The notes under the pieces are model-generated. The model was given only the letters and a program-made list of their open reading frames with translations. It was not told the DNA's origin and did no database searches. A DNA stretch of 64,000 nucleotides. Source: Chiloscyllium plagiosum. Taxonomy: Eukaryota. Both the position numbers and the translations under genes were made by a program. The stretch covers positions 7,631,651 through 7,695,650 of the forward strand of contig NC_057752.1 in assembly GCF_004010195.1 (NCBI RefSeq). Reading direction: 5' to 3'. Positions 39,125 through 51,465 of the stretch are shown here, one piece after another (the first letter of the stretch is position 1; each line of letters starts with the position of its first letter).

Positions 39125-40791
39125 TTAAAAATGATTTGGAGAAAGAGGGAGCATTTTATATATACTCCCTCTTTCTCCAAATTCAATATAAATTCATAGC
39201 AGGTGGAATTTAATGGAGTAAAATGTACACTATTACATAGAGGAAGGAAAAATGCAAGCAAATGTACTTGACGATACAGTTGAAAGAAACTAAGGGCACT
39301 GAGGAGTCTGATCCAGCATACAACAAAGCCAATCAAATATTGATTAGTGTTACCCAAACTGTCAGCTACCAGCCAAAGGATGTTACATATGATCAAACTG
39401 TACAGTCTGTTTGCATGTTGAGCACTGTGTTAAAGATTATAATTTTTAAACAAACCACTTCCTATTCTCACCACTTATAAGCAGACTGATTTCATTTTTC
39501 CCCTTCTTTGCAAAAAAAGTGTGGGGGCTCGACGTTACGGGTATAAGCCCTTCATCAGGATTTGAGACTCTCCTGCTCCTCGGATGCTGCCTGACCTGCT
39601 GTGCTTTTCCAGCACCACACTCTTCAACTCTGATCTCCAGCGTGTGCAGTCCTCATTTTCTCCTAAAGCAATAGTGGGTGTATTTTCTCCATTCTTTCTA
39701 TTTGTGGACCCTGACTTCATAAGAACCTGAAAAACATTGTTGTAATGTTAAATCAGAAGTAGGGTAAATTTCACACATTTTTAGATGTAAGGAAATACTT
39801 TGCAATGTATGTAACTTTATCTTCTGGTTCACAGTTTTGAGAAAAGTTGATTACTTGCAGAGAGCACAAACTCAAGCTCTTGGATACTTTTTGCAGGTCA
39901 GAGGCTTTTCCATTGCAGCCTAAGTTTGGAAGTTTTGATATTGTCGGTAGATGTCATACAGAGCAGGTTGATTCCTTAACTGACTGCTGTTTCAAAAGCA
40001 TGTGGACATGAGGCAATTGGATTCAGAACTGTGGGAGTCATGTGACCAAGCCTTCTTGTGGAGATGAAACAGTTACCATCAAGACAAAGGTTTGCATTGA
40101 AGATGGCTAAATGTTTGTGGCCCATTTCAGAGGGGAAGTGGAAAGCCGGTAGTACATTTTCTTACAGGGTAGGGATTTTTTTTCTTGGAGATTCCTCTGT
40201 TGCTGAAGCAGATTGGAACACAATACCTCCCATTCCAGTCCCATTAGGAGGTACATGAGATGTTCATCATCTGGCTGATTTTGGCTTCTGANNNNNNNNN
40301 NNNNNNNNNNNNNNNNNNNNNNNNNNNNNNNNNNNNNNNNNNNNNNNNNNNNNNNNNNNNNNNNNNNNNNNNNNNNNNNNNNNNNNNNNNNNNNNNNNNN
40401 NNNNNNNNNNNNNNNNNNNNNNNNNNNNNNNNNNNNNNNNNNNNNNNNNNNNNNNNNNNNNNNNNNNNNNNNNNNNNNNNNNNNNNNNNNNNNNNNNNNN
40501 NNNNNNNNNNNNNNNNNNNNNNNNNNNNNNNNNNNNNNNNNNNNNNNNNNNNNNNNNNNNNNNNNNNNNNNNNNNNNNNNNNNNNNNNNNNNNNNNNNNN
40601 NNNNNNNNNNNNNNNNNNNNNNNNNNNNNNNNNNNNNNNNNNNNNNNNNNNNNNNNNNNNNNNNNNNNNNNNNNNNNNNNNNNNNNNNNNNNNNNNNNNN
40701 NNNNNNNNNNNNNNNNNNNNNNNNNNNNNNNNNNNNNNNNNNNNNNNNNNNNNNNNNNNNNNNNNNNNNNNNNNNNNNNNNNNNNNNNNNN

Positions 40792-40929
40792 ATGGCGGTG
40801 GCCACATACCGGACGTCTACCGCTTCCCTGCTCGCTATGTCCTGCGGTAGCGTCCAGCCCAGGCCCTCGGCACCCAGCACCTCCCCGACCCTGGTCACCC
40901 TCGCTGCCACGGCCCTCCCCTCCGACAAC
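40792..40929 (-). mobile_element. 5'-truncated Tx1-clade-like LINE ORF2 fragment inserted in the Gypsy B 3' LTR (continues into gap)
   Basis: GC-rich open frame LSEGRAVAARVTRVGEVLGAEGLGWTLPQDIA..., resembling the post-RT 'G.TRV.DLL....W' region of Tx1/L1-type ORF2; starts right after GATATAAACAGGAGTGT. Confidence 0.55.
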
Positions 40930-43900
40930 ACACTCCTGTTTATATCTGTCAGCCAGGGCTCCCTGATTGGACCAGCTTAACAGCCCCAATCAGGGAACTC
41001 ATATTCTATGCGGTCCACTTGGCTGACCTTGTCACAATCACTACATCCCTCTTCTTCTGTGTCTGAGAACATAGGCCATTTCTTTTCCCTGTATTTCCTC
41101 CTGGGGCATTTTAGCACGGATCAGGTTCCTCTGACTCTGCCTCTGATATGGATGACGTGTAACACACAGTAGTTCACCTCTTGTGCCCAAAGCATCTTGG
41201 AAGAAATTCATTCTCTTCTTCAGGCGGCAAAGGCGTTGAGGTGGCGATATCCATTGTGTCCATCTCAGATTCCGAGGTTTCTTCAACGCTTGATGGAAAG
41301 GAAGAGCCCACAGGTTGTACAACTGTCAGAAAGGCTTTTGAGGAACTGGGCATGTTTTGCTCCTGCACTGTTTGGGAGTTTGCAGCTTTCATATGGTTCA
41401 TGTGCTTGTTCAGGACAGTCGCACCTACCCAAACATTATACATCACTGGACCTGAGCTTGCGTTGATCAGTCCTCTTACCCATGCAGGGCCATTCCTGTG
41501 ATTCTGAAACGAAACTTCATCCCCTGAAGTAAACCGTCTCTCATGCTTGTGTCCAGCACTGGCATTCCTGGTTTCAATTTCGCCCTGCTCCCCCCAGGTC
41601 TGGGAAGATGAGATTTAACTTGGTGCAGAGTCTTCTCCGCATGAGCAACAATGCTGGAGCTATCCCTGTAGTTGTATAAGGGGTGGTCCTGCAATCAAGT
41701 AGAAACTGGGACAGTTTGGTATCTTGAGAAGCTGTAGGCTGTTTCTTCAAGCCAGCCTTCAAAGTTTGGACTGTTACTTCTGCCAGACCATTGGATGATG
41801 GATGGTGTGGAGCTGTCCTTATATGCGAATTCCATTTGACTTTAGGAAATACTCAAATTCCCTGCTGGTAAACAACATCTGTGACTAACACCTCTGGGAG
41901 TCCATGCATTGCTAAAGATGCACACAGTTTTTCTATCATCATCCCTGTATGTGATGAATGAACTCTATGCACGTCCAGCCACTTTCAGTGAGCAACCACA
42001 ATGATTAAGAACAATGACCCCATGAAAGGACCAGCACAGTCGATGTGTAACCAAATCCAGGGTTTATCTGGCCAGTCTCACAAATATGGAGGAGCTGCTG
42101 GTGGTAAATTCTGTCCTTGTTAGCACTCTGGGTACTGCCTCACCAATGCGTCCATGTCTGCATCCAATTCTGGCCACCAGACATAACCTCTCACCACCAT
42201 CTTCATTTTGGACACCCCTGGATGACCCTGGTGGCATTCAGCCAGTATCTGACAGCAAACTTTGCTCGGGACAATCACTCTTGCTCCACATAATAATGTG
42301 CTATTCCCTGACTGTGCTCTGGTCTCTCTGGGTCCAAAAACATTTCAGTTCTATTTGTTTCTCCCATCACCACCAGCTGTTTCAGTTTTGCCAGGACTGG
42401 ATCTTTCTGCGTCCTAAGTCTGATATCGTCAGCTGTAACTGGAAGTGTATCCAGAAAATTTAAAACCATCATGGGCTCTTCTAGTGGCGGTACCACTGGT
42501 GGTGTATCTGCCAATGAGAGGGGGCTCAGTGCATTCGCATTCGCTACTCAGCCTGCCAGACTGTGTTCCAACTTGTAATTATATGCACTTAGTATTAGAG
42601 CCCATTGCTGAATTCAACCTGAAGCTAAGGGTGGCACTGGCTAGTTCTCTTTAATTAAACCAAGTAGGGGTGTGTGGTCTGGTATTATTAAAAATTTCCA
42701 TCCATAAAGGTATTGGTAGAACATCCTGACTCCAAATATGACCGCCATTTCTTTCTTCTCTACCTGGGGGTATTAATGCTCTGCATTAGCCAAAGTCCTG
42801 GATGCATATGTCATTGGGCAGTCCTCTCCACTAGGCCACCTATGAGCTAGTACCACCTTAATACTGTATGGGGAGGCATCATATGTCAATACCAGATCTT
42901 TCTTGGGATCATTGTGGGCCAGCACATTAGAGAATGAGAGCTGTTCCTTTACTTCACTGGAAGCTATGATTTGGCTACACGATCATTTCCAAGATTGACC
43001 CCTTTTTTAGGAATTGGTACAACGGTGCCAGGATGGAGGCCAGGTTATGTATGAACTTTCTGTAATAATTCACCAAACCAAGGAAAGACCTAAGCCCTGG
43101 TACAGATTTGGGAGCCAGGACACCTTTGATCACTCTCATTTTATCTTCCAACAGGTATAACCCGGTCTTGTCAACTCTGTTGCTCACCTTGGGGTGCCTG
43201 AAACATATGTTTTTACCTTCTAAGGTGTTTAAGCACTATGTCCAAAGTGAGAAATGTTTAAGCACTATGTCCAAGTTCTCTAAGGGCTCCTTATTGGTCT
43301 TCCCTGTTATTAGCACATCATCTAGATAAATGGAGACCTGGATAGACCTTGTAAAATGTTGTCCATCATTCACTGAAAAATGGCTCAGGCTGAAGATACC
43401 CCTAAAGGCAGTCTCGTATATTGGGATAAACCCTTATGGTTATTAATTGTTGCATACTACTGGGAATCCTCATCTAACCAAAATTGCAAGTATGCATGGC
43501 AAGCTTTGTGAAGGACAGCTCCCCTTGCCAGCATTGTGTATAAATCCTCTGCGGGAGGGATTGGGTATTTATCCAGCTGTGAAAAGCGGTTTACCATTTG
43601 TTTCAAATCCCCTCAAAGGCGAACCGACTCATCAGGCTTCACAATCGATACGACCAGTGCTGCCCATTCCACAAACTGGATTGGTTTGATGGTTCCTTCA
43701 CTTTCCAGCCTCCTGATTTCTGCCTCTACTTTTGCCCGTGAAGCAAATGGCACCAGGCAGGCCTTGCAGAATCATGGAATTGTTTCCTTGTCAACCTTCA
43801 AGATGGCCTTGGCTCCTTTGATAGTCCTTAGACCTTCCTGAAAAACCTTTGTGTATTTAATTAGGACTTCACTCAGGCAGCCATTTTCTAATCAAAAAAT

Positions 43901-45082
43901 GTTGAGCCAATCAAGGTGAATCTTTCTCAACCAATTCCACCCCATCCAGCTTGGGCCTGAGCCTTTTACTACAATCAGTGGGAACTGAACCAGCTGCTTC
44001 TCATAAGGGACCAGAACCGAAGTTGTACCCTTGATCTGTAAAGGTTCCCCGGTATAGGTTCTCAGTCTAGCCGAGGTCTTGCACAAAGGGCTGGAGTCCA
44101 GAGTGGATTTTGTTAAAGACTGGTTCAGCGATCACTGATACAGCCGTGCCGGTATCAACCTCCATTTGAACCGGGTGACCATTTAACCAGACGTTTATTT
44201 TGATCGATTCTGTTTGGATGTTGCTAAGCAATTTAACTGCTCCAAACCAGATGTAGATAGGCTTTCCAGGGTGTGCACTCTCCTGAATACCGGCCTATGA
44301 ATTATCTTACTCAATTCAGGCCTAGTGGGACTCTTACTGTCTCGAGTCCACATATTGGCAGCAACTACAATGGCTTACCAGCCCAGATCCTGAAGAAGAT
44401 GTTAACCATTTAGCTGAGGCTTGGCTTTGTTCTGGGATTTTGCTGTGGGCTGATCTAGAATCCCTCTGTTCAGGATATGTCCTGAGTGATGCTATGCAAT
44501 TGCCTTCACTCAATTGGTATTCCCTAAGTTCAGTCAGACTGGCGAGGGTGTCCACTTCCATTGGAATACCCTGCAACTCATATGCTCCACTTGCTACATT
44601 TTCTAATACAAAGCCAGTTGTAGGGCCAATTTGAAGTCCAGTTGAGTTTCAGCTAGTAGACACTTTTGCATGGTCACATCATTAATTCTACATACCAAAT
44701 GGTCTCTCAGCATCTCATTTAGGATTAAACCAAAGTCACATGCCTCTGCCAATCATCTTAACCTAGTCAAAACTCTTGAAAAAAGATTCCCTTTGGTATC
44801 AAATTTCTGAGTAAAACCAATAGCATCTCTGAATAAGAGGAGGCTTGGGGTCATAATATCCCTTAACTAAATATGTCAATTCTAGAAAAGGTTTAATGTT
44901 TGGTGCCTCAGGAAACATTAGGCTCCTAATAACTGAAAAGGCTGTGGGTCCACAAGCTGTCAGGAGAATTACTTGTTGCTTTTCATTGCCCCAACGTCAT
45001 TTGCCCAGAAAAGTAACGCATTCTTTTCATATACCGGAAGAGGACTTTGCTGGAGTGCTGTGGGTTTGAAGCAGTGGACGTG

Positions 45083-45131
45083 ATACTTACCTGTGGCCTT
45101 TTGGCTAAGATCAAGTGTCTGTTCTTATCAG
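45083..45131 (+). other. Chimeric U1 + U2 snRNA-derived segment
   Basis: ATACTTACCTG = U1 nt 1-11; GGCCTTTTGGCTAAGATCAAGTGT + CTGTTCTTATCAG = U2 nt 11-34 and 40-52 (vertebrate sequences from memory). Confidence 0.85.
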
Positions 45132-45289
45132 GACAGGGGTCAAGTTGTGAGTCATCAGAGCTAGTGGAGATCATCGCTGGATTGTGATTGGACATTGGAG
45201 GATCGCTTGGTTGTGCTGACCTGCTATTGGTGAATCTTCATGCTGGCTTCGGCCTAACGCCAATTCAGGGACCAGCCAACCTCAGAGCT

Positions 45290-46549
45290 ATGGCCTTAAC
45301 AGCTGCCCGCAGCCCTGGGCAGGAGGTTCGAAACACAGTCCAGGTGTCTGTGAAGAAGGTAGAGGGTCGTACACCGGTGGATTGCATCCTGTTTATTAAG
45401 AAAGTGCTGCTGGGATGCTGTGGGTTCGCTGCAGCGGACGTGGCTGCTGGGATGCTGTGGGTTCGCTGCAGCGGACGTGTACTGCCTGCAGGATTTCCCT
45501 GGGGCAGACTACTTTGATGTGACCTTCAGGAGTGTGAAGCAGTGCGAACAGCTCCTGAAGGTCTTCAAGGAGAAGGAAGGGGAGCCGCTGTTCTCCATCT
45601 TGTCGGCAACCCCATTGTGTGTGCTTCCTGCACAGAGGAATCGGGTTGTTACAATCCATATGTACAACCCCTATGTTCCAGCGGCTGACGTCCTGACCTT
45701 CCTGACGTGGCGGCAGACTGCAAGGTGACCATCTGCAGGAACTGCAAACAGGAGGGTCACCTGACTAAGGACTGTCAGGAAGCAAAGAGCTGCAACCTGT
45801 GCGGAGAGGCGGGTCACATGTACAAGACCTGCCCAAGACGCGGGGGCCCCAGTTGCGCACAGATGGCTGGAGGTGGCAATGTGAGCCGTGGACCCCCAAA
45901 GACCAGTAAGGTCCACACAGACAGCAGGGAAACGGAGTCTGGTGGCACCCAGAAAGAAGAACAGGCCGGAGTGGCAACCAGCGGAGAGACACAGCAGCTG
46001 ATCCTAGCTCTCGCTGGGCAGATGGAAGCAATGGAGGAGGAGGTAATCGAGCAGACAGAGGAGTGGATACCTGTTAAAAACAGGAAGAGAAAATCCGGCC
46101 AGGCCCCCAAAGCCTCCCAGCAAAGGGGGAAAAGACAGCTGAACGAGGGAGGGACGGCCAGCTCTTCAGATGTGGAAGACGGGCGCACAGAATGTCATCA
46201 CCACCAGAAGAAGAGACAGAGCGCCATAGCTAAAGAGGAGGGCATCTCCTCCCAACCAGGAAACAACAGACCCCCCGAAGTCCACCTTCCACCCAATGAG
46301 AACCAGGGGGTACCCACTGCCCCACAACTACAGACAACTGAGAGCTGTGATCCTCTGACAGTCCCATTGTCAGACACAGAACTGGACGGTGCGGACCCTT
46401 GCCTTGGCTCGATGACTCCAGAGCAGGTAAATGACCCCAGTGAGAGCCTGGATAGCTACCTCAGCCCAGCGAGGGTCCAGCAGTTCGTGCTCACCATGGG
46501 GATGCAGACAGGTACCCCAGATACAGGACAGTCAAATGGACAACGGTAA
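45290..46549 (+). pseudogene. Tx1-type ORF1 / ZCCHC3-like zinc-knuckle protein, frameshifted
   Basis: MALTAARSPGQEVRNTVQV...DVYCLQDFPGADYFDVTF...VTIHMYNPYVP; CRNCKQEGHLTKDC and CNLCGEAGHMYKTC (CX2CX4HX4C); 37-bp duplication and an internal deletion near 45705. Confidence 0.82.
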
Positions 46550-46976
46550 CCCCATAAACTGGGATTAAAAAAGGTTCATTTGCTATAGTATAACAGGGCA
46601 CCCACTCAGTAGGTGGGTTCTGCTGAAGCCACAGCTAAATAATAAGAGACTGGGAATAATAATAAAGGGAACTGTAAATAGGATAACTGTAAATTCGAGT
46701 AATTCAATCTGTTCTTTGTAATGTTAAGACATGCAAAGTTTATATCTATGAATGACATGACAAATTGTACAAGTACCAAAGATTTATTTCTAAGAATAAA
46801 ATATATTTTGAAATATAAAAAAAATTCTTTCCATATACTGGGCCCAGTCTTTGATGGCAGGATTGAACGAGTCAAGCTTCCCAAACGATGGCATGATGCC
46901 AGAAATGCTTATCACAACTTAAAGACAATTGTTGCGAGTGAATCTCTTCAGGAGTGTGCTTTTCACTTGTTGCCAC

Positions 46977-47212
46977 TGAAATAACTCCACAGAGGCCGGT
47001 ATCTCATCACTAAGTCCCCCTTTATTTACACATGGAGAGTCCTTGACACTGATCCAGCTCCCTCAGAGTCAGCTCTCAGAGTGAACAGAACCTCTGACCC
47101 TCCTGTTTCTATCTGTCAGCCAGGGCTCCCTAATTGGACTAGATTAACAGCGCCAATCATGGAACTCATATTCTATGAGATCTACCTGGCTGACCTCGTT
47201 ACAATCATCACA
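46977..47212 (-). repeat. Intact (empty) Gypsy LTR, 236 bp
   Basis: TG...CA termini, AATAAA, adjacent PBS; reference copy for the interrupted LTRs. Confidence 0.9.
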
Positions 47213-47584
47213 TGATACAGGAATGTAATATTGTTCTGAATAGATATATTAAGATGGGTCAGATGGTCTTCCTTAACTGTAAATACATTTTAAAAAGGCT
47301 AATATACTCTGTGCAAAGGTGTTTTTTATACACCTTGATCAATGATATATCCTTTTGATAAAACTAGCCAGTCTGTTCTTTTAAGACAAGATATTATCGA
47401 TGAGTAACATGAGATCTACTTCAGACCTAGAACGCATTCCATCTGTCCCTGAACTAAAAGCCAACAAACAGAATTACAGTGTCATGTTGTTGGGGTTCAT
47501 TCCTACAGTAGATATTTTCTTTTAAACAAATTAAATAATAGATAAGTAAACAGCCTTTACATTTTTATAGAACAGAATGTTTAT

Positions 47585-48460
47585 AGGTCGCTGATGATTG
47601 CACAATGTTCAGCACCATTCGTGACTCCTCAGATTCTGAAGCAGTCCATGTCCAAATGCAGCAAGACCTGGACAATATCCAGGCTTGGGCTGACAAGTGG
47701 CAAGAAGCATTCACGCCACGCAAATGCCAGGCTATGACCATCACCAATAAGAGATAATCTAACCACCACCCCTTGACATTCAGTGGTGTTAGAATCACTG
47801 AATCCCCACCATCATTGATCAGAAACTCAGCTGGAATCACCAGATAAACACAGTGGCTACAAGACCAGGTCAGAAGCTCTGAATACTGGGGCAAGTAACT
47901 CACCTCCTGATACCCCAAAACCTGCCCACCATCTACAAGGCACAAGTCAGGAGTGTGACAGACTATTCCCCATTTGCCTGGATGAGTGCAGCTCCAACAA
48001 CACTCAAGAAGCTTGACACCATCCAGGACAAAGTAGCCCACTTGATTGGCACTACATCCACAAGCATCCACTCCCACCACCACCGATGCTCAGCAGCAAG
48101 TGTGTACCATCTACAAGATGCACTGCAGAAATTCACTAAAGATCCTCAAACAGCACCTTCTAAGCCCACGGCCACTTCCATCTAGAAGGGCAAGGGCAGC
48201 AGATATGTGGGAACACCATCACCTTCAAGATCCCCTTCAAGCCATTTACCATCCTGACTTGGAAATGTATCACCATTCCTTCACTGTCGCTGGGTCCAAA
48301 TCCTGGAATTCCCTCCCTCCCAGCATTGTGGGTAACCCACAGCAGGTTGACTGCAGCAATTCAAGAAGGCAGCTCAGCACCACCTTCTCAAGGGCAAATA
48401 GGGACAGGCAATAAATGCTGACCCAGCCTGCGACCCCCATATCCCATAAAATGAATAACT
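47585..48460 (+). mobile_element. CR1-group LINE 3' fragment
   Basis: ADDCTMF...QQDLDNIQAWADKWQ, IYKAQVRSV.DYSP.AW, KSWNSLP; homologous to 8365-9505. Confidence 0.85.
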
Positions 48461-48929
48461 TTTTAAAATGGCTAGGAATGTGCAGTTGCAGACTGCCTCT
48501 CCCCCAGAAGTCATCTTCTCCCTGATTAGAACTGGAAATCACAACTCTGTCAATTCATTTACATTTTCTGTTCAAATAAGCTGTTCAATCACTACTATTT
48601 GCCACTTTCCTAAAGGCAGGTTGTCTACTGACTGCCATTTTGAATCTTGCTGAAGGATGATAATTTCTAGTTTAACCAGCTACTTAACAACAACAACAAG
48701 AAACTGTGCCTCAATGAGACTGATTCCACACAATGTAAATGTCAATTTTGTTTTGCCCTTGGAGGCACAGGCCTCATTCTGAATATTCAGCGTGGACCAT
48801 AAGAGTGCTGTAAGGAAAGCCTGCTCTTTTAATAAGCGCACAAGAAAAAGGCAAGGACAAGGAAAAGGAGAGGCACTCATCTCATCATGCAGTGTCAAGA
48901 TTAGTGGGAAACTTGTAAAAACCAGCAGA

Positions 48930-49785
48930 GGACGACTAAAAAACCTGTAAGGGGTGGGGGAGAAGAGGAAATATGAGGGTAAGCTAGCTAGTAATAAAAA
49001 AGAAGATTGCAAGTTTTTAAAAAAATATGTAACAGGTAAGCAAGAGGGGCAAGAGTGGACATTGGACCGCTGCAAAACGAGGCTGGAGAAGTAGTCATGG
49101 AGAACAAAGAAATGGCAGAGGAACTGAAGACATACTTTGCATCAGTCCTCATGGTGGAAGACACCAGCAGCATACCAGAACTTAAAGAGAGTTTGGGGCA
49201 GAGGTGAGTGTGGTGGCCATCACTATGGAGAAGGTGTGGGGAAGCTGAAAGGTTTAAAGATGGATAAATCACCTGGACCAGATGGACTACACCCCGGTGT
49301 TTTGAAGGAAGTCGCTGAGGAGATTGTGCAGGTATTGGTGGTGATCTTTCAGGAATCACAGGAATTAGGTAGGGTCCCAGAGATCTGAAAAATGGCTAAT
49401 GGAACACCCCTATTTAAGAAGGGAGGACGGCAAAACACAGGAAATTATATGCTGCTTAGCCTGACCTTGGTCACTGGTAAGATTTTAGAGTTCATTATTG
49501 AGGTTGGGATTGCAGAGGACTTGGAAGTGCATGGAAAAATAGGGCTGAGTCAGCACGGCTTCATCATGGGGAAGTCATTTCTGCCAAATCTGTTTGAATT
49601 CTTTGAGGACGCAAGAAGCAAGTTAGACAATGGAGGACTAGTGGATTTCCAGAAGACCTATCCGGATTTAGATAGATTCTCGATCAGTAAGGAGTTCAAG
49701 GGTCTCAGGAAGGAAGCATATCAGCCATGATTGAGTTGTGGAGATGACTTGATGGGCGTAATTCTGCTCCTACATCTTATGCTCT
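48930..49785 (+). mobile_element. CR1 fragment with internal deletion
   Basis: DKSPGPDGLHPGVLKEVA, PLFKKGGRQNTGNY, SQHGFIMGKS. Confidence 0.85.
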
Positions 49786-50479
49786 CAGCATACCCCACCA
49801 GTACTCCAACCCAGACAGTTGATTCTTGCTATATACTCTGAAAGCTTGACTTGTTAGTGATACATATTGGTAGAACGTGTGTAGTTCCAGAGGAGGAGAC
49901 AAATCACACTGATGTTTGTATCATTCTTGGTCTTGGTCAAAGTATCTCAAGTTTTTCACAGCAGTCTGTTCAGGTTGATGAGGATTGGTGAATTTGCCGG
50001 ATATAATCGTGCCTTCCTGGACTTCTCCATGTGCCATTCATTTCTCTGCAACTCATTGGCATAATGTTTTTATAATGGCATGCTTCTCTCTCTCACTCTC
50101 TCAATCCATCTACCTAATGGTTTACTTTTCTCACTGTCTTGACCTAAGTGTTGCATATGACTCAAAATTCTTAAACATGTAAATTTTGAAGCTGGAAATG
50201 AGGTCATGGAACAAATGTCCGATCTAAAATATTCTATATGCACCTGTTCTTGGGAGTCTTACAGTGACTTGTCTTATCCATAAGACACTCGTCTGGCAGC
50301 CAACTAGTGCAGTGAAGGAAGCCACTTATTCAGCATGCTCACAGGGTTAGAAAGAGACAACATTGAGTGGTTTGAAGTTATTTTTCCAGATTTATTTTTT
50401 TGTTTTTTTTTCTTTCATCCTGGCCCTTCTGACACTCAGCTTCTCATGAGACTTTATGCCGAGTGATTTACTGTGTGAA

Positions 50480-51035
50480 CTTTTCTTTATTCATTCCTAC
50501 AGTGATAGTAAATTGCCCAGCCCATTGCTTTTGAGAAGGTGGTGGTGAACTGCCTTCTTGAACCATTGAAGCCCATTAGATACATCAACAGTGCCATTAG
50601 GAAAGAAGTTTCAGGATTTGACCCAGTGATAGTGAAGAAGTGGCGATATATTTCCAAGTCAGGATGGTGAGTAGTTTGGAAGGGAACTGGAAGGTGGTGG
50701 TGTTCCCATGTATCTGCTGTCCTTGTCTTTCTAGATATTAGACGTTCGTGAGTTTGGAAGGTGCTGTCTAAGTTTCAGCTGTGCATCTTACAGACGGCAC
50801 ACACTGTTGCTGGGCATCAGTTGTGGAAGGGAGTGATTGTGGGTGTGGTGCCAATCAAGTGGGCTGCTTTGTCCTGAAAGCTTCAAGTGTTATTGGAGCA
50901 ACATCCATCCAGGCAAGTGGGGAGTATTCCAGCACACTCCTGACTTGTGCCTTGTAGATGGTGGATAGGCTTTGGGGAGTCAGGAGATGAATTACTCGCC
51001 GCAGGATTCCTAGCATCTGACCTGTTTTTGCAGCC
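50480..51035 (-). mobile_element. CR1-group LINE 3' fragment
   Basis: LSTIYKAQVRSVLEYSPLAW on minus. Confidence 0.8.
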
Positions 51036-51335
51036 AAGAACTCTTCAGTTCTGAAGAAAGGTCACTCGACCCAAAACGTTGACTCTACTTTCTCTCCATG
51101 GCTGCTGAGTTTCTGCAGCAATTTCTGTTTCTGTTTCAGATTTCCAGCATCTGCAGCTCTTTTGTTTATTTTCCATGAAGATTGTCCAGGTCTTGCTCCA
51201 GTTGGACATGGACAGCATATAATTCTTTCCATGTCCTGCATGGAAATGCCAAGGTGAGCTTTTGCCAGCAAACCATAATTAGCTACAATCAAGGTGTCTA
51301 TGACCGGATTAAAGGTATTGTCCTAACTATTGTTG

Positions 51336-51465
51336 ATTCCTGAGGAAGGGCTCATGCCCGAAACGTCGATTCTCCTGTTCCTTGGATGCTGCCTGACCTG
51401 CTACGCTTTTCCAGCAACACATTTTCAGCTCTGATCTCCAGCATCTGCAGTCCTCATTTTCTCCT
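51336..51465 (+). repeat. Penelope-type short repeat with intact minimal hammerhead core
   Basis: GATTC-CTGAGGA-AGGGC-TCAT-GCCC-GAAAC-GTC-GATTC; flanked by the direct repeat TATTGTCCTAACT (~51317 and ~51465). Confidence 0.75.

Larger units (their letters stand above)
45038..46823 (+). mobile_element. ORF1-only non-LTR retroelement with U1/U2 snRNA-derived head
   Basis: TSD ATTCTTT(T/C)CATATAC (45020-45034 and 46824-46838); snRNA-like head; CCHC ORF; AATAAA and A-tail; no ORF2. Confidence 0.85.
40930..47212 (-). mobile_element. Gypsy B, near full-length degenerate LTR retrotransposon (gag-PR-RT-RH-IN)
   Basis: 5' LTR 46977-47212, PBS-like TGGCAACAAG, gag start MPSFGKLDSF, protease MEVDTGTAVS, RT IYLDDVL, LRSFLGLVNYY, integrase HPSSNGLAE, PPT AAGAAGAGGGA adjacent to the 3' LTR starting at 41045. 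Confidence 0.93.

Noticed and set aside
45083..45131. Functional U1 or U2 snRNA gene
   Set aside because: Only short 5' fragments; branch-point pairing region deleted; no Sm site or 3' stems; lies inside a retrocopy.
45290..46549. Host ZCCHC3 gene
   Set aside because: Frameshifted, internally deleted, bounded by TSD and A-tail, and nested in a Gypsy gag.
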